Assembly (NCBI GenBank): GCA_049509455.1 | Contig: JBEKZX010000026.1 | Coordinates: 1-21,086, forward strand | Length of the DNA stretch: 21,086 nucleotides | Source: Conexivisphaerales archaeon | Lineage (GTDB): Archaea > Thermoproteota > Nitrososphaeria > Conexivisphaerales > DTJL01 | Direction of reading: 5' to 3' | Shown: positions 6,368 to 14,954 of the stretch, in pieces | Position numbering within the stretch: the first letter of the stretch is position 1 | Layout: every line of letters starts with the position of its first letter | Translations under genes and position numbers: made by a program | The notes under the pieces: generated by a model | The model's database searches: none | What the model was told of the DNA's origin: nothing | The model's input: the letters and a program-made list of their open reading frames with translations, nothing else

Positions 6368-9300
6368 GTGAGTAGGGCTTCCCAAGACGAAAAAGCGAAG
6401 AGATTCGTCCTAGGCCCGCAGTTCGAGCCCAAGGAGATGGAGAAGGCTGTAAGGAGGTTCTGGGAGGAGGTCGACGTCCGGAAGCAAATTGCCGAAGCGA
6501 GGAGTGGCATCCCGGCCATAGGGTATGTGGAGGGCCCGCCCACCCTGAACGGAGAGCCTCACATCGGCCACGTCCGAGGGAGGATATTCAAGGACCTCTG
6601 GTATCGCTATGAAACAATGAGGGGCGCCTCCATCCTGTTCCGGTCGGGCTGGGACACGCAGGGTCTCCCGGTCGAGCTGCAGGCGGAAAAGGAGCTGGGC
6701 CTGAAGGGCAACAAGACCGAGAACCTCAAGGCCATCGGCGAGGAGAAACTGGTGGCGGCTTGCAAGGGCATAGTGGAGAAGTACGTCAAGTCTTGGCTGA
6801 CGGCTGACTCCTACATCGGTCTACTCATGGACTACGACGGATACTGGACGTTCAAGGATGAGTATATCGAAAGGGAATGGAAGGTGCTGGAAGCTGCCTA
6901 CCGGAGGGGTCTCCTCGGAGAGGGGCAAAGGGTGGTAGCCTATTGCCCCAGCTGCCAGACCTCGCTGAGCAACAGGGAGGTGGCCGACGGCTACGAGACC
7001 GTCACCGACCCTTCGCTATACTACAAGGCGAAGGTCGCCGGCGAGGACCTCTACCTCCTCGTCTGGACCACCATGCCTTTCACCGTCATCACCGACGAGC
7101 TCATAGGGGTCCATCCCGAAGCGGACTACTCGTATGTTGAGGTGGGCGAGGAAACCTGGATCGTCGGCGATGCGCGCTACGAGGAGCTCGTGGCGAGCCT
7201 GAAGCTCGAAGGGGCAAGAAAGGTCAAGACGGTGAAGGGATCCCAGCTGGAGGGGCTGCGCTACGTCCCGCCACTGGGCGCCGAAGTCCCCCGCCAGCAG
7301 CGCCTGTTCGAGGAGGGAAAGGTGCACACCGTGGTAGCGGAGGATTTCGTGGACCCCAGCACGGGGTCGGGCATCGTGCACATGGCTCCCGCCAACGGCG
7401 AGGAGGACTTCGATGTCGCTTCGAAGAGGAAGCTCCCCATCTTCAACCCCATCGATGATGAGGTCAGGTTCACGACCGAAGCCGGAAGGTTCCAGGGCTC
7501 CTTCGTGCGGGACACTGACGAAGAGGTCGTGGCCGCGCTCAAGGAGAAAGGGCTGGTGGCGGGCTACTTCAAGATCAGGCATGAATATCCAACCTGCTGG
7601 AGGTCCCACCACAAGCTGGTCTACATGTTGAGGAGGGAGTACTTCTACTGGGTAGACAGGATCTTGGACCAGACCGTCGAAGCGGCCGGGAAGGTGGAGT
7701 ACTTCTACGAAGGGCCCAAGAACCGCTTCCTGAATATCATCAGAGAGGGAAGGCCATGGAACATCACTCGGGAAAGGATATGGGGCTCCCCCCTTCCGCT
7801 GTGGGCCTGCAGCGATTGCGGGGAGAAGACGGCTCTGTTCAGCCGGAAGGCCATCATCGAGGCAGCCCTGGAGCTCCCCGACGGCCCATCCTTCGAGCTT
7901 CACCGGCCGTGGATCGACAGGGTTGTCGTCAGGTGCAGGAAGTGCGGTGGGAAGGCTTACAGGGAGCCCTTCGTCCTGGACACCTGGCACAACAGCGGCG
8001 CCGCCCCCTACGCCGGCGAGTCCGACGAGGAGTACAAGTCCCTTGTCCCGGTCCCCTTTCTGACAGAGGGGATCGATCAGACCAGGGCCTGGGCGTACAC
8101 GCTGTTGGTCGAGAACGTCATCCTCTCCGGAAGGCCGCAGGCGCCCTACAGTGCCTTCCTGTTCCAAGGGCACGTCCTGGACGAGAAAGGAGAGAAGATG
8201 AGCAAGAGCAAGGGCAACACCGTGGAGGCCCGGACCCTGTTCTCGGAGCATTCGGCCGACCTAGTGCGACTCTACCTCCTTTGGAAGGGGTCTCCCGTTG
8301 ATTCCATCAACTTCGACGTCAAGGAGATGTACGGAAGGCCTTTCCAGGTCCTCAACACCTTGTATCACCTTCATCTCTACTACTTCACCAATAGCGGATA
8401 CGACGGCTTCGAGTGGGACGGCTCCCTCCTGGGCAAGTACTTCAGGGAAGGGAAGCTTCAGCCGCAGGACCGGTGGCTCCTTTCTAAGCTGGAAGGACTA
8501 GTGACGACAACGAACGCCGCGTACGCGGCGAGGAGGTTCAACGAGGCGTCCAAGGCATTCGACTCCTTCATTATTGAGGTGCTAAGCCAGGAATACGTGC
8601 CCCTCACGAGGAACGAGCTTTGGGACGACCTTCCGGAGACGAAAGAAAGGAGGCTAGTGATCTACTGCGTCTTGGCCCATGCGCTCCGGACGCTGGACCT
8701 GCTGATGCATCCCTACGTTCCTTTTATCACGGAGTTCCTCTTTAATTCCGTGTTCTCCGACGGACGACTAAGCGTTATACTGGCGGGAAAGCCCTCGACT
8801 AGAGGAGAATACCTTGAGGTGCCGCTGGAAGAGGAATATGATGTGATGTGGGGGCTTGTGTCTCTGTCCAACTCGGCCCGGATGAACGCTAGGGTCAAGC
8901 GCAGATGGCCACTCAGTAGAGGCTTCTACTCAGCCTCGAAGAGGCTCTCGTCGGGGGCGGAGAGGCTCCTCCGTGACATAACCAACGTGCAAGAGTTGGA
9001 ATTCAAGCCCGCTAAGGATCTCCCCATCGGGTTGAAGGCGAAGCTGGACACTTCCGCCGTGGGGAAGAGGCTCAAGCAGGACTTCAACGCGGTCGTCGCC
9101 GCGGTGAACGCAGCCGACCCCTGGTCGCTGTGGTCCGCAGCCAAGGAGAAGGGTCACGTCAGCGTGACCGTGGGGGCGCACAAGTACACGTTCGACAGGA
9201 AGGAGCTGGAGTTCTCCGTCGAGCCTGAAAAGGGATTCGCCGTGGCCAGCTTGGGCGACAGCTTTATGGCACTCGAAACCACTAGAGATGAAGAGCTGAC

Positions 9301-9559
9301 GGCGGAGGGCCTCGTGCGTGACATCGCCCGTCGCCTGCAGGCGCTCCGGAAGGAGAAGGGGTACGTCCCCACCGAAGTCTTGCCAAAGGCTAGTGTGAGG
9401 GGCCTTGAAAAGGCAACCGCCGAGCTGGTGGCGAAGAGGAAGGAGAAGCTGCTCTTCTTGGTAAGGGTACGAGAGGTGGAGGTCTCGGATGAGGCCTTCG
9501 ACGGGGAGGGCTGGACGGAGTCCGACCTGGACGGGAAGAAGATCTACCTGAAGCTCTGA
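6368..9559 (+). CDS. ileS: Isoleucine--tRNA ligase (archaeal/eukaryote-type)
   Basis: EGPPTLNG.PHIGH, GWDTQGLPVE, WNITRERIWGSPLP, EGIDQTR, KMSKSKGN; 1063 aa. Confidence 0.97.
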   Translation: MSRASQDEKAKRFVLGPQFEPKEMEKAVRRFWEEVDVRKQIAEARSGIPAIGYVEGPPTLNGEPHIGHVRGRIFKDLWYRYETMRGASILFRSGWDTQGLPVELQAEKELGLKGNKTENLKAIGEEKLVAACKGIVEKYVKSWLTADSYIGLLMDYDGYWTFKDEYIEREWKVLEAAYRRGLLGEGQRVVAYCPSCQTSLSNREVADGYETVTDPSLYYKAKVAGEDLYLLVWTTMPFTVITDELIGVHPEADYSYVEVGEETWIVGDARYEELVASLKLEGARKVKTVKGSQLEGLRYVPPLGAEVPRQQRLFEEGKVHTVVAEDFVDPSTGSGIVHMAPANGEEDFDVASKRKLPIFNPIDDEVRFTTEAGRFQGSFVRDTDEEVVAALKEKGLVAGYFKIRHEYPTCWRSHHKLVYMLRREYFYWVDRILDQTVEAAGKVEYFYEGPKNRFLNIIREGRPWNITRERIWGSPLPLWACSDCGEKTALFSRKAIIEAALELPDGPSFELHRPWIDRVVVRCRKCGGKAYREPFVLDTWHNSGAAPYAGESDEEYKSLVPVPFLTEGIDQTRAWAYTLLVENVILSGRPQAPYSAFLFQGHVLDEKGEKMSKSKGNTVEARTLFSEHSADLVRLYLLWKGSPVDSINFDVKEMYGRPFQVLNTLYHLHLYYFTNSGYDGFEWDGSLLGKYFREGKLQPQDRWLLSKLEGLVTTTNAAYAARRFNEASKAFDSFIIEVLSQEYVPLTRNELWDDLPETKERRLVIYCVLAHALRTLDLLMHPYVPFITEFLFNSVFSDGRLSVILAGKPSTRGEYLEVPLEEEYDVMWGLVSLSNSARMNARVKRRWPLSRGFYSASKRLSSGAERLLRDITNVQELEFKPAKDLPIGLKAKLDTSAVGKRLKQDFNAVVAAVNAADPWSLWSAAKEKGHVSVTVGAHKYTFDRKELEFSVEPEKGFAVASLGDSFMALETTRDEELTAEGLVRDIARRLQALRKEKGYVPTEVLPKASVRGLEKATAELVAKRKEKLLFLVRVREVEVSDEAFDGEGWTESDLDGKKIYLKL

Positions 9560-9638
9560 CTGCGCTTGACTCCGAAGTGAACTTCCTATGACTCCGGGTC
9601 TCTAAACCCTGGGCTGACGACTCGGAGGAAGGCCCTCC

Positions 9639-10973
9639 ATGAGCAACGCTCGCGCCGACGGCAGCGGAAGCCTCGCCTCCCTGAAGGTGCCGGGGCTGGG
9701 CTCGCTATCGAGGACGCTCCTAGAGGAACAAGGAGTGCGGACCATGGCCGACCTTGCCAGGACGGACCCCTACGACCCCCGCTTTCGCATCCTCGGAGAG
9801 CCGTTCTCGTCTTGGGTCCTGTACGCGAGGGCCGTCGTGGCCGACGAGATTGTATCGGCTGTGGACGTGACCCCCAGCGCCATCAGGGTAACGTGCCACA
9901 AGACCTACGACAGGCTCGCATCGAGGAATGCCTTGGCGGGGAGGTTGGGTATATACGATCTATATGTGAACGTCGAGTTGCGGGAACTGGAGGGCCTCTA
10001 CGAAGTCATCTTCAGGCTCAAGCCCGAGCAGATGAAGTTCGGAATGGCCCCTTGGATGGAGTATCGCAACAACGCGCTCCAGCTTAAGAACGCACTAAGG
10101 ATCAAGGCTGCCAGCGCCCTGAGCGAAGCTCCCATGGCCGCTGCGCTGTGGCCGCTCGACGAATTCCAGGCGGAGCTGGAGGAGAGGGTGAGAGGCCTGG
10201 ACGGGCTGGCACTCCTGAGCAAGGTCCACCTGAGGGTGCTTTCCAGCGACCGGTTCAACGTCATCGTCCTTTGGGATAGCGATGCCTTCAACAGGAGCCT
10301 CACCAGGTGCTTCCTCGACGAGTTTACGCCGGTGTCGGCGCATGTCCTATGCGGAGGGAACTCGCCGTCGGAGATGCAGGAGCAGATTGCGCTGAACGGC
10401 AACGATGGCATCGTCGTCGTGGACGACTTCGAGAAGGCCACGCCGGAGGAGAAGCGCATCCTCCTCGATCTCCTAGCAACGAGGAGGACGAGGATCACTT
10501 ACGACGGGAAGAGGACGGAGGTTAACGTCAAGGCGAGGTTCATGTTCAACCTTTGGGCACCGAACGAGCTCGACACGCCGATGCTGGACCCTGACTTTAT
10601 GGGGCTCATCGACCTGGCCCTCAGGATGCCGCCGGCTGTAGACAGGAAGGCCTTCGACGAAGCCATCGAACGCGGTCTCCCTTCAGCGCAGGAGGCCAAG
10701 GGAGCTCTTCAGGCGGCCATGGGGTCGGAGCTGATGGAGATGAAGCCACCGGCCGAGATGACCGAGAAGCTGAGCAAGTTCAAGGCGCCAAGGTTCCTAG
10801 CTGGCTATGGCTCCAGGGTGGGGAACGCCCTAGAGCAGCTGGCGTTGGGCACGGCAAGGGAGAGGAGGTCCTCCATAGTCGAGGAAGAGGACTACGAGGA
10901 GGCCTTCGAGCTGGTGCGCCAGGCCAACGCTTCCCTCACCTTTAGGCAGCGGCGTGGGCAACACAGCGTTTAA
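9639..10973 (+). CDS. Uncharacterised protein: N-terminal RadA-type HhH module plus degenerate MCM-like AAA+ domain
   Basis: N-terminus VPGLG..SRTLLEEQGVRTMADLA..DP resembles the RadA/Rad51 N-domain. The C-terminal part follows MCM motif order with Walker A WDSDAFNR, Walker B VVVDDFEK, PS1 hairpin RITYDGKRTEVNVKAR and a lid ARERRSSIVEEEDYEEAFEL. The CDS itself is secure (444 aa, GC3-rich, SD present); the domain call is by eye. Confidence 0.65.
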   Translation: MSNARADGSGSLASLKVPGLGSLSRTLLEEQGVRTMADLARTDPYDPRFRILGEPFSSWVLYARAVVADEIVSAVDVTPSAIRVTCHKTYDRLASRNALAGRLGIYDLYVNVELRELEGLYEVIFRLKPEQMKFGMAPWMEYRNNALQLKNALRIKAASALSEAPMAAALWPLDEFQAELEERVRGLDGLALLSKVHLRVLSSDRFNVIVLWDSDAFNRSLTRCFLDEFTPVSAHVLCGGNSPSEMQEQIALNGNDGIVVVDDFEKATPEEKRILLDLLATRRTRITYDGKRTEVNVKARFMFNLWAPNELDTPMLDPDFMGLIDLALRMPPAVDRKAFDEAIERGLPSAQEAKGALQAAMGSELMEMKPPAEMTEKLSKFKAPRFLAGYGSRVGNALEQLALGTARERRSSIVEEEDYEEAFELVRQANASLTFRQRRGQHSV

Positions 10974-10974
10974 A
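10969..10974 (+). promoter_or_regulatory. TATA box for the IMPase gene, overlapping the upstream TAA stop
   Basis: TTTAAA 35 nt upstream of TTG 11009. Confidence 0.4.
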
Positions 10975-11008
10975 GAGGGGGAAACGGCAATATTTCTTAC
11001 AATCTTCC

Positions 11009-11824
11009 TTGACGATACAGTTCTATCTTGAGTTTATCAGAGACGCCCTGCTGGCGGCCAACGAAACGGTCAACGAGACTACCCGGAAGGGGACGGGTGG
11101 GAAGCCGCTCGGCAGAGGCTCCTTCGGCGACATCACATATGAGATAGACAGGGCCGTGGAGGAAAGGGTGATGATGCTCGCCGCCTCCAGGCTCCCCCCC
11201 ACCACCATCATATCTGAAGAAAGGGGCATCATAAGCCATTCTTCAGCGAAGCTGACGCTCCTAATGGATCCTATCGACGGCTCCACGAACGCCAAGCGGG
11301 GGGTCTCGGTCTACAGCACCTCCATTGCCTTGGCCGACGGGCCCCTATTCGGCGACATCTTTGCCGCCGGGGTAATTGACCACGTGCGGAGCAGGATCAT
11401 CTGGGGGAAGAAGGATATCGTCTACGAGGGATGGTCTCTCGCAAAACCCAGCAAGCTGAGGGACCTCAAGGAGACGGTCATGGCCTTTGACTCCAAGATG
11501 TACAAGGTCCCGCGGGACAGGATGGCGGGGCTGGCCGCTCTGATGGCCTCCACCAAGTACCCCAGGATGCTCAGCACAGCGGCCCTTGAGACGGCATGCG
11601 TGGCATCGGGGAGGCTGGACGCCTTCGTCGCCCCCTACGGCAATCTGAGGAGCTTCGACTGCTTACCCTCCATCTTCTTAGTGCTCGAGGCAGGAGGCGT
11701 GTCCGACATCGACGCGAAGGAGCTGCGCTCTATCCCGCTGGACGGAAGCAGGAGGATCGGATATGTCGTAGCGGGCAACGAGAGGATCCTTGGCTTGATT
11801 GAGAAGAAGCTCGGTCACAGGTGA
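11009..11824 (+). CDS. suhB: Inositol monophosphatase / FBPase-IMPase family protein
   Basis: D.TYEID...E, IISEE, DPIDGSTN, R.L.TAALE...VASGRLDAFV, FD.......LEAGG. Confidence 0.88.
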   Translation: MTIQFYLEFIRDALLAANETVNETTRKGTGGKPLGRGSFGDITYEIDRAVEERVMMLAASRLPPTTIISEERGIISHSSAKLTLLMDPIDGSTNAKRGVSVYSTSIALADGPLFGDIFAAGVIDHVRSRIIWGKKDIVYEGWSLAKPSKLRDLKETVMAFDSKMYKVPRDRMAGLAALMASTKYPRMLSTAALETACVASGRLDAFVAPYGNLRSFDCLPSIFLVLEAGGVSDIDAKELRSIPLDGSRRIGYVVAGNERILGLIEKKLGHR

Positions 11825-12201
11825 AAGGGGATGCCCTGGGTTTTCACCCATTCGGGGATCTTCGATTCATAGCGGACGAGGAACTCTCGGTCCTCAGGCT
11901 CCTTCCTGAGGTCATCGGGAAGCATGTGCGGTATGCTGTCAATCACTGGGTACCATCGGCCACAGTTCTTGCAAGTGAGCAGAGCCTCCTTCAGATCGTA
12001 GCTGAAGCAGGTTTCGCAGTCTTTCACGAGGTCGGGCTTGCCGAGCTGGGCGATGAGGCCACCGTTGTAGACGCAGTAGAGCTCGCAACCCACCTTTTCC
12101 CTGTGCTTTTCCTCCCCTTTCGCAGCGTCCAAAACCTGAAGCCCGAGGGGGAACGCCTTGCAGATGGGGCAGGCAAGGATGTCCATGAGTCTGTAGTGCA
12201 T
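11815..12201 (-). CDS. trm112: Trm112 family methyltransferase activator (long Cys-rich form)
   Basis: LMDILACPICK...L.C..CGRWYPVIDSIPHMLPD; ATG 12201. Confidence 0.88.
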   Translation of the reverse strand: MHYRLMDILACPICKAFPLGLQVLDAAKGEEKHREKVGCELYCVYNGGLIAQLGKPDLVKDCETCFSYDLKEALLTCKNCGRWYPVIDSIPHMLPDDLRKEPEDREFLVRYESKIPEWVKTQGIPFHL

Positions 12202-12239
12202 CCGGAACACCAGCCTCGCTGAAAGGTTCCAGGCCCGGC

Positions 12240-12246
12240 ATATAAG
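12240..12246 (-). promoter_or_regulatory. TATA box of trm112
   Basis: CTTATAT about 39 nt upstream of ATG 12201. Confidence 0.45.
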
Positions 12247-12319
12247 AGCCTATCACTAAAACGGCGGTGGGCCGCGGGCATCAAGACCTGTCCTTGGCGG
12301 CGTCCCGGCGGCCTGGCTG

Positions 12320-13522
12320 CTAATAGAGCCCGAACTTCCCTTGTATGAATCCTTCCCAGAGGCTGGGGATGCCCTTCAGGACGTCGGCCACCACAGGCTC
12401 TGTGACGCGTTTCACTTTGTCTTCGCTGACGGAGCCGAAGACACGGACGTGCACGCACTGGGGCTCGTTGGTGGGCTTCCCAATCTGGCTCAGCATATAG
12501 CAGTATACTTGCTCGACGTCAGGGACCTCCTCGACGATCCTATCGACGACCTGCCTGGCAGCCACCTGATATATCTTCCCGACGTGACTCGTCGGGTTCT
12601 TACCTGAGGTAGCTTCAATCGTCATCGGGCGGAAGGGCGTGATCAGTCCGTTAGCCCTGTTACCGCGGCCCACCTGACCGTCGTCACCCTGTTCGGCGCT
12701 GAGGCCAGTCACGGTGAGATAGAACACCTCCTTCGCGGGGTCGTCCGCGGTGTTCAGGTCGACCTGCACATCCCGCTTTGTGATCTTGGAGGCGTTCTCC
12801 TTGATCCTGCCCTCGACCTCCTTCTTGAGCTCGATGTAATCGCCAGGCCCGTCCACGTCCTTCGATACGATGGCGGCCGCCACGGTGAGCTTGATGGAGT
12901 CCCCGCGACGGAGGCCCATCACCTTCACGTCCTCGCCTACGGCCGGATACCTAGCTTTGAAGTTGGGGGAGTTGAGGAGCTGCTCGGTATCGAAGACTAT
13001 CTTCTCCGTCTCGGACATGGGCGCGAAGGCGACGCCGAAGGACGTGTCATTGCTTCGCTGAATCCGGGAGGCATTGTAGTTGCCCACCAGGTCAGCGCTT
13101 CCCTGCCTGATCCGACAGTCGACGATCATCTGGTTGTCGACGTCGAGGTTCCTGAAGGACTCTTTCATCCAAGCCTTTGTCGTCTTTTGGACGAGGGTGC
13201 CCAGAGGGACCGGCCTCGTAAATCTGCCACCGACTTCGACCGTCGCCCTGCCCACGAGGAGGAGGTAGATGGGCTCGAGGACTTCGCCGCCCCCGAACCG
13301 GGCGATAGACTGACCGCCGACCAGCACGCACTTGTCGAGGTTGTGATGTAGTATGTGCCCGTAGTTCTCGATGTAGTATTTGCTCAGGGCTATGCTCAGC
13401 TCTTCGGATGCTCTGTCGCATATCGTATCGGGGTGGCCCTTACCCTTGCGCTCGACGAACTCGGTGGGATGCTCTTCCACCGACTGCGCAACGTCCTTTT
13501 CGATAGTCAATATGTTCGACAT
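12320..13522 (-). CDS. mat: S-adenosylmethionine synthetase, archaeal type
   Basis: EFVERKG.GHPDTICD, SNDTSFGV, GEDVKVMG.R, EQGDDGQVGRGNR.NGLITP.RPM, GKNP..HVGKIY. Confidence 0.97.
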   Translation of the reverse strand: MSNILTIEKDVAQSVEEHPTEFVERKGKGHPDTICDRASEELSIALSKYYIENYGHILHHNLDKCVLVGGQSIARFGGGEVLEPIYLLLVGRATVEVGGRFTRPVPLGTLVQKTTKAWMKESFRNLDVDNQMIVDCRIRQGSADLVGNYNASRIQRSNDTSFGVAFAPMSETEKIVFDTEQLLNSPNFKARYPAVGEDVKVMGLRRGDSIKLTVAAAIVSKDVDGPGDYIELKKEVEGRIKENASKITKRDVQVDLNTADDPAKEVFYLTVTGLSAEQGDDGQVGRGNRANGLITPFRPMTIEATSGKNPTSHVGKIYQVAARQVVDRIVEEVPDVEQVYCYMLSQIGKPTNEPQCVHVRVFGSVSEDKVKRVTEPVVADVLKGIPSLWEGFIQGKFGLY

Positions 13523-13527
13523 GACCG

Positions 13528-14091
13528 CTACCGCTCCCCGGACCTCTTCTTGAGCAGGTCGGATCGCGTAATGATGCCGGTCATCTTCCCGCCGTGATAT
13601 GTGAGGACGGCGCCCGTGTAGTTCAGCATCTTCGCAACCATGTCCAGGGGGGCGTCTTGGCTGACCGACGGAAAAGGCTGGCCCATGATGTCCTTGACCT
13701 GCAGCTTCATCATGTCCTCGATGCCGGAACCCTTGGCGATCCTCTCGACGAGTATCTTCTCAGAGAGCGAGCCGACGACGTCGCCGCCGCCTACTATGGG
13801 GAGCTGGCTGATGGCTTTACGGTTCATGATCTTTAGGGCGTCGCCAACCGATGAATCGGGGTCGGCCGTGATGACATCCTTGACCATGACGTCGGAGGCC
13901 CGCGTCCAGCTCTTCTGCTGGTGAGTCTCCAGGGCTTCGATTATCTTCTTGGCCCTGTTGTAGGAGGGGTCCACCTTACCCGCCTCGATTTTGGCTATGA
14001 GGGACTGGCTCACCCCGGAGAGGGTCGCCAGTTCCGCCTGAGTTAGGCCGAGCAACCTTCGCATCCTTCTCAAGTCGGCTAACTCATACAT
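13528..14091 (-). CDS. XRE-type HTH plus CBS-pair transcriptional regulator (COG3620-like)
   Basis: LRRMRRLLGLTQAELA..SGVSQSLIAKIE.GKVDP, followed by two CBS motifs (ISQLPIV; GIITRSDLL); ATG 14091 lies 26 nt from a TATA box. Confidence 0.92.
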   Translation of the reverse strand: MYELADLRRMRRLLGLTQAELATLSGVSQSLIAKIEAGKVDPSYNRAKKIIEALETHQQKSWTRASDVMVKDVITADPDSSVGDALKIMNRKAISQLPIVGGGDVVGSLSEKILVERIAKGSGIEDMMKLQVKDIMGQPFPSVSQDAPLDMVAKMLNYTGAVLTYHGGKMTGIITRSDLLKKRSGER

Positions 14092-14116
14092 AGCTCCGAA
14101 CCCTCCGAAAGCTTCA

Positions 14117-14123
14117 ATATAAG
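14117..14123. promoter_or_regulatory. Bidirectional TATA box (HTH-CBS gene / downstream plus-strand unit)
   Basis: ATATAAG region lies 26 nt from ATG 14091 (minus) and about 28 nt from ATG 14152 (plus). Confidence 0.45.
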
Positions 14124-14151
14124 AATTGCTCAATGCAAGAATTATTCGCTT

Positions 14152-14424
14152 ATGCATATTCGGCCCATCGTCTAACCGAGGGAGAGGGACGCCAGGGAGT
14201 ACACGCCGGAGCCATAGGCCGATACTGCATGGGGTGTCAAAGATACGTCAGAGAAGTAGGCCTTGAGAATGGCTGAAGAATATGTTCGACGTCTCCGGTC
14301 TGAAGTATAGGAGCTGTACCGTAAGAACGGAGTCCTCACCGATGCGGAGGCCCTGTCTCTCACGGAGAGCAAGGGCTTCAGCAAGTTATTGGTCAACCCT
14401 AATAGGCAACTTTCGAGAGCTTGA
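14152..14424 (+). pseudogene. 90-codon frame with four in-frame stops (TAA, TAG, TAG, TAG), no frameshift
   Basis: MHIRPIV*PRERDAREYTPEP*ADTAWGVKDTSEK*ALRMAEEYVRRLRSEV*ELYRKNGVLTDAEALSLTESKGFSKLLVNPNRQLSRA; ATG at leaderless distance from the TATA box; final TGA overlaps the next TTG (TTGA). Confidence 0.45.
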
Positions 14425-14933
14425 AGGGGAGAGCTATGAAGGAGCTGACCGGGGAGACAGCCAAGCTGGGCGAAGCCAGCAGCTACGATGAGATCTTCTC
14501 CATCGTTAAGGCCCACGTCGAAGGGGTCATGGGTCTCCATCGCGCCGGGCTTACACTGGGCCTCTCCAGCCTTCCCCCAGGTGTGGGGGCCTACCATGTG
14601 GCGGGCTCCAACATGATCGTTCTGAACAGGGATCTCCTGGACAGGGTCCGCCGGTCAGAGCCTCCCGAAATAGTGAGCTCGTTTCTTTACATGCTCCTCC
14701 TCCACGAATACCTCCATTCGCTGGGGCTCATCGATGAAGCCAGGGTCAGGAAGACGAGCGATGAGGTGGCCACTCAGATGCTGGGAAGCGGCCACCCTGC
14801 GTCGGTCCTGATAAGGACGCCTCTTACAGAGCTCTTTCCATATCTGGACTCGCTCCACGAAGCTGAAAGGCCTGAGGGTGGGGTGGAGGTAGTCCGGAAC
14901 TTCGACAGCAGGAGCTATTCTTTCATCTCGTAG
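14421..14933 (+). CDS. Uncharacterised HExxH (zincin-like) protein
   Basis: GAYHVAGSNMIVLNR...LLLHEYLHSLG..DE; start TTG 14421 or ATG 14436. Confidence 0.75.
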   Translation: MKGRAMKELTGETAKLGEASSYDEIFSIVKAHVEGVMGLHRAGLTLGLSSLPPGVGAYHVAGSNMIVLNRDLLDRVRRSEPPEIVSSFLYMLLLHEYLHSLGLIDEARVRKTSDEVATQMLGSGHPASVLIRTPLTELFPYLDSLHEAERPEGGVEVVRNFDSRSYSFIS

Positions 14934-14954
14934 ACGCCCGCGTGAGAGGGCCTG

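Noticed and set aside
7064-7090. IleRS editing-domain motif WTTMPFT instead of WTTTPWT
   Set aside because: I recall this as a lineage variant in thaumarchaeal IleRS, so it is probably not novel; unverified.
7016-8251. 411-aa minus-strand ORF, and similar long antisense ORFs (3355-4023, 18541-19224, 19824-20273, 11821-12222)
   Set aside because: Antisense shadows of GC3-rich genes; composition is typical of shadow frames and no motifs are present.
9576-9618. Box C/D sRNA after ileS (ATGA...CTGA)
   Set aside because: No RUGAUGA box C, no D'/C' pair, and poor k-turn pairing.
14172-14597. 141-aa minus-strand ORF
   Set aside because: Its 5' part overlaps the HExxH gene antisense and its 3' part is Ser-rich and not protein-like; the plus-strand frame shows better coding signal.
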